NCBI GenBank assembly: GCA_964435645.1
Contig: CAYSZY010000001.1
Span: forward strand, 1 to 36,707
Length of the DNA stretch: 36,707 nucleotides
Direction of reading: 5' to 3'
Source: an uncultured Thermococci archaeon
Lineage (GTDB): Archaea; Methanobacteriota_B; Thermococci; Methanofastidiosales; NM3
Shown: one piece after another, positions 26,986 to 33,930 of the stretch
How positions within the stretch are numbered: position 1 is the stretch's first letter
How the letters are laid out: every line of letters starts with the position of its first letter
The notes under the pieces: model-generated
Database searches by the model: none
Seen by the model: the letters and a program-made list of their open reading frames with translations, nothing else
Told to the model about the DNA's origin: nothing
Position numbers and translations under genes: made by a program

Positions 26986-27888
26986 ATGTATGACGTTGTT
27001 ATCATAGGTGGTGGGCCGGGCGGCCTTACCGCAGCCATGTACAGTGTCCGCTCAAATCTTAAGACAATTCTTATTGAGAAGGAATTCCTTGGCGGATACG
27101 TCTCTTACGCGGGCGTTATTGAAAACTACCCGGGATTCCCTGAGGGTATCACGGGATTCGAGCTTGGCCAAAAGATGGGGGAGCAGGCCCAAAAGGCGGG
27201 TGTGGAAATCTCATATGAGCCAGTAGTCGGCATCGATCCGGAAAAGATGGTAGTGCACACAGGGAAACGGGACATCGAAACAAAGGCAATCGTCCTCTCG
27301 CCCGGGCTACGCCACAAGGAGCTCGGGGTTCCTGGGGAGGATGCGTTTAAGAGCAAGGGCGTTGTCTACTGCACCACGTGCGACGGCCCGTTGTATGCGG
27401 GGAAGAAAACAGTTGTCGCGGGAAAGGGCATTCCCGGGATTACCGCATCGCTCTATCTGGACGAGATAGCCGAAAGCGTTACGCTTGTAACGCCAACTAG
27501 GGAGCTTAAGGCAAAGGAGACCATATATCTTGACAAAATCCGTGACAGCAACGTCACGGTAATCACCAACGCCACGGTAAAGGAACTGCAGGGGGATACT
27601 GTTTTGGAGCGGGTGGTAATTGTTGACAAGGCCACGGGCACAGAGACTGTGCTTGACGCAGACGGCATCTTTGTCAATATTGGGAAAGTCCCGAACACGG
27701 GATTCCTCACGGGCAGCGGCATAGGGCTGGACAAGAAGGGATTTATCACCGTAGACGAAAATCAGATGACGTCAAGGCAGCTTGTATTCGCTATCGGAGA
27801 TGCGACCACGGACCCGTACAAACAGATATCCACGGCCGTTGGGGACGGCGCCAAGGCGGCGCTCAATATCACAAAACTCCTCAAGTAG
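26986..27888 (+). CDS. Low-Mr thioredoxin-reductase-like flavoprotein lacking the NADPH-specificity motif
   Basis: 300 aa. VVIIGGGPGG FAD motif, redox CTTCDG and GDAT. The second Rossmann region reads AGKGIPGITAS...VTLVTPTRELKA instead of GGGxxA...HRRxxxR. Confidence 0.85.
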   Translation: MYDVVIIGGGPGGLTAAMYSVRSNLKTILIEKEFLGGYVSYAGVIENYPGFPEGITGFELGQKMGEQAQKAGVEISYEPVVGIDPEKMVVHTGKRDIETKAIVLSPGLRHKELGVPGEDAFKSKGVVYCTTCDGPLYAGKKTVVAGKGIPGITASLYLDEIAESVTLVTPTRELKAKETIYLDKIRDSNVTVITNATVKELQGDTVLERVVIVDKATGTETVLDADGIFVNIGKVPNTGFLTGSGIGLDKKGFITVDENQMTSRQLVFAIGDATTDPYKQISTAVGDGAKAALNITKLLK

Positions 27889-27897
27889 GTTGCACCC

Positions 27898-28500
27898 ATG
27901 CACAAGAACATGCTTTTTATGGTGCTCATACTTGCATCCATGGTGCTTTCAGGCTGCGTATCGGGAGACTCGCAACCAACGACGACAGTCTCACCCACGA
28001 CCACGGCGGCACCTACAACGGAACCGCCCACCACGGCACCCCCGACGACACCGGCTGCAGAGATACGCCAGCCTGGCGACCATGGCGACATCCCCTGGCA
28101 ACAGTATGACGATGCATTTCAAAAGGCGCGTGAAGATGGAACGTACGTGTTCATGTACTTCTGGAGAGACCAATGCAAATTCTGCTCATTACTGTCGTCC
28201 TCGACATTCATAGACCCTGCAGTGGTATCATACCTGGAAGAACACTTTGGGATTGTGGACGTGGACATTTGGTCCGATGCGCCCATCTCGGCGGCAGACC
28301 CCTCACTCAGCGGCGAGACGCTTAACGCTCGATTCCGGCCACCAGGCGTTCCTGCCATGGCCATACTTGATGCTAATGGCAACGTCATTATCGGCATATC
28401 CGGTTACAAGTCTTCAGAATCACTGCTCGCCATACTCGGGTATGTGGCGAGCGGTTCGCATGAGAATATGACAATAGAGGAATATATGAATAATATATGA
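27898..28500 (+). CDS. Exported thioredoxin-fold lipoprotein (CKFC active site)
   Basis: Signal peptide with lipobox LSGC. Thr/Pro-rich linker (TTTVSPTTTAAPTTEPPTTAPPTTP). Thioredoxin-like domain YVFMYFWRDQCKFC...GVPAMAILD. Confidence 0.7.
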   Translation: MHKNMLFMVLILASMVLSGCVSGDSQPTTTVSPTTTAAPTTEPPTTAPPTTPAAEIRQPGDHGDIPWQQYDDAFQKAREDGTYVFMYFWRDQCKFCSLLSSSTFIDPAVVSYLEEHFGIVDVDIWSDAPISAADPSLSGETLNARFRPPGVPAMAILDANGNVIIGISGYKSSESLLAILGYVASGSHENMTIEEYMNNI

Positions 28501-28529
28501 CGTGCCCTCGCCACTACAGTAGTGGGGTT

Positions 28530-28790
28530 CTATGGTTGGCATGCCCCCTCTGCCATAGCCCTTTCCATGACAGATTGATTCACGTCCTGTGCCAAAGCTA
28601 TGCTGAAAGCGGCGTTGGCATCCACGTGGCTGGCGTGCCCGCATGAAGGGCACGAAAACTCATTCCCGCCCCTGTTGTCCAGAGCCCCGCCTACACCATC
28701 CAGCAGTGCAGCAGGTGCGTGCATGGCGAACCTGGCATATGGGTACGCCCCCGTCCTTTTCTTTTTTCACTGGTGATATGCGTACCAATC
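28530..28790 (-). pseudogene. C-terminal remnant of a TnpB (IS200/IS605 OrfB) gene
   Basis: The minus-strand frames give GVPICQVRHARTCCTAGW and then, after a frameshift, NEFSCPSCGHASHVDANAAFSIAL. These correspond to the zinc-finger and RuvC-III (D-x-NAA-x-NI) end of TnpB. The N-terminal roughly 300 aa are absent. Confidence 0.45.
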
Positions 28791-28850
28791 CCGTGTGGCA
28801 ATAACCGTGCCAAGAATAATCTTTTTATGCTGTATGGATAATTCATCCAT

Positions 28851-29450
28851 ATGCAGTCCCTCTATCTCCTTCGGCATGGCCAAACGGAGGCGAATGTTGC
28901 CCACGCCTATTGCGGAAGCACCGATTCGCCCATTACACGGGAGGGAATGCGCCGCCTTGGGTCCATATGTATCCCTGCCGTGGACTCGGTCATCTCATCA
29001 CCGTCGAAAAGATGCATAGAATCGTCACAGGCCATAGGGTACCAACGCCCCGCGATAAACGAATGCCTGCGAGAAGTGGACTTCGGCACATGGGAAGGAA
29101 AGACATTTGATGCAATTGCGACATTGGCGCCCGCAGAAGCTGAGGCGTACTTATGCGACCCGATGAACTTTGCGTTTCCCGTCGGTGAAAGCCTTGCCGC
29201 ACTCGGCCGGCGCATTGTGACATTCGCATCATCGACCCTGGGGCCGCTCATGGAAGAAAAAAGGGACGTGCTCATTATCAGCCACAGCGGGCCCATACGG
29301 ATGCTGCTTCTCACCGTGATGGGAATTGGCATGCGCCATTTCTGGAACTTTAATATACGCCCGGGACGTGTAGCGCACATTCGCTACGCTGGAAGCGACC
29401 CCGAATCCTCAACGCTTATTCGGCTCAACGCCACACGCATAGGAGACTAA
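28851..29450 (+). CDS. Histidine-phosphatase-family protein, probably alpha-ribazole phosphatase (CobC-like)
   Basis: LLRHGQTEAN catalytic motif and SHSGPIR. It sits immediately upstream of cobT-cobS. Confidence 0.7.
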   Translation: MQSLYLLRHGQTEANVAHAYCGSTDSPITREGMRRLGSICIPAVDSVISSPSKRCIESSQAIGYQRPAINECLREVDFGTWEGKTFDAIATLAPAEAEAYLCDPMNFAFPVGESLAALGRRIVTFASSTLGPLMEEKRDVLIISHSGPIRMLLLTVMGIGMRHFWNFNIRPGRVAHIRYAGSDPESSTLIRLNATRIGD

Positions 29451-29453
29451 TTT

Positions 29454-30512
29454 ATGAATCTTACAGAATGCATCACACGGATAAAGCCTCTCGATATATC
29501 TACTATTGAGTCAACGCAGGGAAAACTTGACAATCTAATTAAGCCCAAGGGTTCACTTGGCAGGCTTGAGGAACTGGCCCTCCATATCGCAACGATTACG
29601 GGTACCTGCAATCCGCCACTGGAGCAGAGAATGGTCTTTGTCATGGCTGGCGACAGCGGAATAGTCGCCCAGGGCGTCAGCGCATATCCCCAGGCAGTAA
29701 CACCACAGATGATCTACAACTTCCTAAACGGGGGAGCTGGCATCAATGCACTGTCAAGGACAGGGGGATTTGGGATTACCGTTGTTGATGTCGGGATAGC
29801 GGCACTCATTTCGACAGACCACCCAAGCTTTATAGAAAAAAAAGTGCGGAGGGGAACCAAGGACTTCTCACAGGGTGCGGCAATGACGAGAGAGGAAGCA
29901 GAGGCGTCCATCCTGGCCGGCATCGAGGCGGTTCTTGAAACACACAAGGCTACGCCGCTGCACCTTACGGCAACGGGTGATATGGGAATCGGGAACACCA
30001 CCCCCTCAAGCGCCATCGTCGCAGCCGTGACAGGGGGGCGCGTAAGCGACGTCACCGGCTATGGGACAGGGCTTGACGACAAGGGGCTTGAAAAAAAGAT
30101 AACGATTATCGAACAGGCACTTGCCATGCATGCGCCATCCCCCACTGATGCGATAGGCATCCTAAGCTCGGTCGGAAGCTTCGAGATAGGCGGCATCGCG
30201 GGAGTTATTCTCGCAAGCGCATACCTTCACATTCCCGTTATAGTCGACGGATTCGTATCACAAGCCGGCGCGCTTATAGCAGCTCTGCTCAATCCGTACG
30301 CGCGGGACTACATCATACCGTCCCACCAATCAGTGGAAAAGGGGTCGCATGCCGTTTGGAATCATCTCGGCCTCAGGCCGTACCTGTCCCTTGACCTTCG
30401 GCTCGGGGAAGGTACCGGAGCCGTGCTCATGGGGCCGCTAATAGATGCATCCATGGACATGCTCAACGGCATGGCATCGTTTGCAGAAGCAGGGGTGTCG
30501 GGGAAAACATGA
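29454..30512 (+). CDS. cobT: Nicotinate-nucleotide:benzimidazole phosphoribosyltransferase CobT
   Basis: 352 aa. KPKGSLGRLEELA, GDMGIGNTT and GEGTGA motifs. Confidence 0.9.
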   Translation: MNLTECITRIKPLDISTIESTQGKLDNLIKPKGSLGRLEELALHIATITGTCNPPLEQRMVFVMAGDSGIVAQGVSAYPQAVTPQMIYNFLNGGAGINALSRTGGFGITVVDVGIAALISTDHPSFIEKKVRRGTKDFSQGAAMTREEAEASILAGIEAVLETHKATPLHLTATGDMGIGNTTPSSAIVAAVTGGRVSDVTGYGTGLDDKGLEKKITIIEQALAMHAPSPTDAIGILSSVGSFEIGGIAGVILASAYLHIPVIVDGFVSQAGALIAALLNPYARDYIIPSHQSVEKGSHAVWNHLGLRPYLSLDLRLGEGTGAVLMGPLIDASMDMLNGMASFAEAGVSGKT

Positions 30513-31270
30513 AAACCCGCGAGTACCTCACGCTCCCCGTGGTTGCGCTACAGTTCCTAACACGGATACCTGTAGCGCCATCCATGAACGTCCATAAAGA
30601 GCAGCTCGGGCGCTGCACGGCGCTGTTCCCGGTTATTGGGGCGCTCATTGCGGGGATACTGTTTGCCATTTTTGCGGCAACTCGGGAAGCGGGGATCCCC
30701 CCGGGGATGGCTGCGGCAATCGTGCTTGCTTCCGAGGCGCTCCTGACGGGCGCGTTCCATTGGGATGGCCTGGCTGACACCTTTGACGGTTTCTTCTCTA
30801 CCCACACGTCGCGGGAGGGGATGCTGGACATCATGCACGACAGCAGGGTGGGGGTAATGGGCGTTGTGGCCATTGTAACCATAGCACTCGTGCAATATGC
30901 CGGCTTGGGCACCGTCTTTTCCTGGGGGTATAAGGATGTTCTCGCGGCGCTACTGGCGATGCACATGCTGGGAAAATGGGGCAGTGTGTTCCTTTCTACG
31001 ACGGCTGCATACAGCAGGAAAGAGGGTAAAGGGCTCATATTTCTCGAATACGCCTCTTGGAAAGGGCTCGTATTTGCAACGATTGCCATTGTCCCCCTCT
31101 TCTATGCAAGACCGGCGTTTCTATTGCCTGCTGCCGCCATGGTGGGTTATCTGGTGGTATGGGGGCACTATAGCACCGCCAAGGTTGGAGGGGTAACAGG
31201 GGATGTGCTAGGTGCATCCATAAGACTGTCAGAAACGATAGTGCTTACGGCAATTGTAGCCATCTATTGA
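30509..31270 (+). CDS. cobS: Adenosylcobinamide-GDP ribazoletransferase (cobalamin synthase) CobS
   Basis: 253 aa and polytopic. LTRIPV and HWDGLADTFDG motifs. ATGA overlap with cobT. Confidence 0.9.
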   Translation: MKTREYLTLPVVALQFLTRIPVAPSMNVHKEQLGRCTALFPVIGALIAGILFAIFAATREAGIPPGMAAAIVLASEALLTGAFHWDGLADTFDGFFSTHTSREGMLDIMHDSRVGVMGVVAIVTIALVQYAGLGTVFSWGYKDVLAALLAMHMLGKWGSVFLSTTAAYSRKEGKGLIFLEYASWKGLVFATIAIVPLFYARPAFLLPAAAMVGYLVVWGHYSTAKVGGVTGDVLGASIRLSETIVLTAIVAIY

Positions 31271-31307
31271 ATTAATGCATAATCAGTACACATATTTTAC
31301 CACATCC

Positions 31308-31315
31308 TTTATAAA
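31308..31315 (+). promoter_or_regulatory. TATA box (TTTATAAA) upstream of the RING-like surface-protein gene
   Basis: Consensus octamer in an AT-rich spacer, 49 nt upstream of the ATG at 31357. Confidence 0.45.
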
Positions 31316-31356
31316 TAATTATTAATCAGTATGTAGTATATATCAGGGTGTGTAGG

Positions 31357-33420
31357 ATGGATGAGCGATGCGAGATATGTGGGGAAGGGATACCCCGCAC
31401 GTCAATGGTACACTGCAGGCACTGCAACACGATGTACCATTTTGAGTGTATTAAGAATCACCTGTTTAATAGCAAGACGTGTCCATACTGCGGAAAGCAT
31501 ACATCCCTGATGCATTACCCCCGTGGGCACCCCCACCCTTCCACGGCCGCGCCTGGCCCGAGGGAATCCCCCTCATCGCACCGCCCGGCTGTTGCAACCA
31601 AGGGGCGCCAACAATGGGGTGCATCGCCTCCTGCATCGCCACAGGCAGGTACACAGCCCCGTGCATCCCCTCCCCCCAAAAAAGAGAACGACAGGCCTAG
31701 GGGGGGTATCGTGCTTCTCATCATGAACTTTTTTGTCGTTGTGCTCTTGTTGGCTTCGGCATATTATGCAAGCTCCAATTACATTGGGTACGCACCGGAC
31801 ATAACGGCAGAAACAACTTCTGCGACCGTACTGCCGGGAGACGCGGTAACGATTCCCTTTTCTGTGGAGAACTCGGGCAATCTGGTGGCGCACTATACGC
31901 TTTCGATAGAGGCGTCGGGCACATCGCTGCCCGTGGGGTGGGACCCCATACTCTACGAAGGATCTGATGAGATAGGCCTCTCATCCCATGTTAAGCTTGA
32001 GCCGCTTTCGCCAAGAACGTTTTCACTTGCCATGACAACCGGCAGCAATGACAACGCGAACACCCAAGGGAACGTGAAGATCGCAATTACATCCAATGAC
32101 GGAAAATACACAGACAGCCTGGTCTTCAACATCGCGACCGAAGCGATATACCAATACGATATTACGCAGAGCGACACAGTCAAATACGGCTCAGCTGGCG
32201 AAACTGCATCATATTCTTTCATGATTTCCAATAAAGGCAATTCAAGCGATACCTACAACGTTGATATTGCAAGTGCGACATCGGGATGGACTGCAGCACT
32301 TCTCAAAAAAGAAAGTATCACCCTCGACGCGGGAAGGTCTGCATCACTAATCGTAACGATCACAGCACCGGAAACGGCCCAAGGCAACGACCAGGGGGAC
32401 ATATCGCTCGCAATAAGCTCACAACGCAATCCGGGGCAGCCAGAATCACTGGACTTTAGTATGGTGGTCAATCCAACATACGGATTTGAGCTGCTCTCTA
32501 ACGAGCAGAACAGGGTAGTCCTCGGCGGAACAATGACCACATTTACCTTTAAAATACGCAATGTGGGAAATTCAAGCGACACCTACACGATAATCGAGCA
32601 GGTCGCATTCCCCTCCGGTTGGGAATCCACCGTGAGCAAACGTGAACTTACGATAGCACCTGATGATGCCGTAACAGTGGGCGTTACGATCACAATCCCC
32701 GATGATGCGCTTCCCAGCCTCAAAGGCATATCAACAGTCAGTGTCATCTCCGCAGGCAGTGATGAGACGAGCACGGCCAGATTTGAGGTGTCAACTGCAG
32801 CGCGGCAATCGAAAGTTGTGCTCCTTGAGCTGTTTACCTCGGTCAACTGCGGATACTGCCCTTATGCCGAACAGGCCATGGAGCAGCTGCTCCTTGAATA
32901 CCCCGGAAAAGTCGTCGCACTGGAGTATCACCTTAATGATGAGTTCGTCAAACGATACACTGAGACAAAGGCGGCAGTATACGGCATGTCAGGGACGCCG
33001 CAGGCAATGTTTGATGGGAATAGAAAAGTGCCGGGAGGGTCGGGCAATACGTATAGCGAATATGTCACAAAGCTCCTTAATCTCATCAACGAAGAGCTGA
33101 AAGTGCGTATCGATGTTGCCAGTACCTCATCAGAAGAGCCAGGCATGAGGGACGTGACCGTGGTCCTCAAGAACATGGGGCTTCCGCCAACGGCGGACCT
33201 TGAAGTGTTCTTTGTGGCATACAGCAACGGCCTCTCCCCCAGAAACAATCGTACAAAGGTGTATAACTATGTGGTCATTGACGGCACCAGCAGGCATCTT
33301 GGCACACTGGATAACATGACGACGCTGAACATGACACTCGAGATTCCCTCTGATGGGGGGCTCGTGATCTATGTGCAGGATAAAGATACACGCACTATAT
33401 ACCAGTCGATAATGATATGA
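31357..33420 (+). CDS. Membrane protein with an N-terminal C4HC3 RING/PHD-like zinc finger, Pro/Ser-rich linker, TM helix, three CARDB-like beta-sandwich repeats and a thioredoxin-like CxxC domain
   Basis: Zinc finger: C5-x2-C8-x11-C20-x2-C23-x4-H28-x2-C31-x10-C42-x2-C45, with YHFECIKNHL...CPYC. TM helix IVLLIMNFFVVVLLLASAYYA. Three repeats of about 105 aa carrying N(S/K/V)GN(L/S)xxxYT-type motifs. VVLLELFTSVNCGYCP is thioredoxin/DUF1223-like. The ATG at 31357 is preferred over the GTG at 31348. Confidence 0.8.
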   Translation: MDERCEICGEGIPRTSMVHCRHCNTMYHFECIKNHLFNSKTCPYCGKHTSLMHYPRGHPHPSTAAPGPRESPSSHRPAVATKGRQQWGASPPASPQAGTQPRASPPPKKENDRPRGGIVLLIMNFFVVVLLLASAYYASSNYIGYAPDITAETTSATVLPGDAVTIPFSVENSGNLVAHYTLSIEASGTSLPVGWDPILYEGSDEIGLSSHVKLEPLSPRTFSLAMTTGSNDNANTQGNVKIAITSNDGKYTDSLVFNIATEAIYQYDITQSDTVKYGSAGETASYSFMISNKGNSSDTYNVDIASATSGWTAALLKKESITLDAGRSASLIVTITAPETAQGNDQGDISLAISSQRNPGQPESLDFSMVVNPTYGFELLSNEQNRVVLGGTMTTFTFKIRNVGNSSDTYTIIEQVAFPSGWESTVSKRELTIAPDDAVTVGVTITIPDDALPSLKGISTVSVISAGSDETSTARFEVSTAARQSKVVLLELFTSVNCGYCPYAEQAMEQLLLEYPGKVVALEYHLNDEFVKRYTETKAAVYGMSGTPQAMFDGNRKVPGGSGNTYSEYVTKLLNLINEELKVRIDVASTSSEEPGMRDVTVVLKNMGLPPTADLEVFFVAYSNGLSPRNNRTKVYNYVVIDGTSRHLGTLDNMTTLNMTLEIPSDGGLVIYVQDKDTRTIYQSIMI

Positions 33421-33470
33421 TGGGGATTCATACGCCGCGAACCGCGATAGATTTATATAAATTAATAAAT

Positions 33471-33485
33471 TATACTTGAAGTATA
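33471..33485. promoter_or_regulatory. Palindrome TATACTT-G-AAGTATA between the TATA box (TTTATATA, 33452-33459) and the ArsR-family gene
   Basis: 7-bp perfect arms centred about 27 nt upstream of the ATG, at the expected TSS. Candidate autoregulatory operator. Confidence 0.45.
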
Positions 33486-33504
33486 AAATTTTATTAGTGG
33501 GCGT

Positions 33505-33930
33505 ATGCAAGAAAACGGGGAGATATACCTTGAAATCAAGGCCATCTCAGACAGATTGTCTGAGGTAGCCACAAAAATAGGGCAGACGGATACGGCACAA
33601 GACCTCCCGTACGATGAAGGGGTGCCGATAGAACTGATTGATGTTGAACTGTGTGCGGACCTTTTTAAGGCACTTTCCAACGACGACCGGCTCAGGATCC
33701 TGAGGTCCCTTGGACAGGATTCGTCATACTTTGCGCAACTCTCGCAACTGACCGGCCTTGACAACAGCCCGTTGCGATTTCACCTTACCGTCCTCAAAGA
33801 AGTGAATCTCATCAACCAAGAGCGGTTCAGAGGAAAATATATGATTACCAGGCTTGGCAGGCAGGCGCTTGCTATGGCTTCATATTTTTATATTAATATG
33901 CAAAAGCAGGGAGTGCATGAACATGAATGA
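33505..33930 (+). CDS. ArsR-family winged-helix transcriptional regulator with an N-terminal extension of about 45 aa
   Basis: LFKALSNDDRLRILRSLGQDSSYFAQLSQLTGLDNSPLRFHLTVLKEVNLI is the ArsR/SmtB HTH pattern. Confidence 0.8.
   Translation: MQENGEIYLEIKAISDRLSEVATKIGQTDTAQDLPYDEGVPIELIDVELCADLFKALSNDDRLRILRSLGQDSSYFAQLSQLTGLDNSPLRFHLTVLKEVNLINQERFRGKYMITRLGRQALAMASYFYINMQKQGVHEHE

Noticed and set aside
28834-28850. Hairpin or palindrome ATGGAT-AATTC-ATCCAT immediately before the cobC-like ATG. I considered it as a riboswitch or operator.
   Set aside because: It is too short to be a riboswitch, and cobalamin riboswitches are not established in archaea. It could be a small operator, but the arms are only 6 bp and there is no second copy, so I am not reporting it as a feature.
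31466-31984. Cluster of overlapping 60-106-aa ORFs in several frames.
   Set aside because: They coincide with the GC-rich, Pro/Ser/Ala-encoding linker and TM region of the RING-like protein. They are frame shadows of low-complexity coding sequence.
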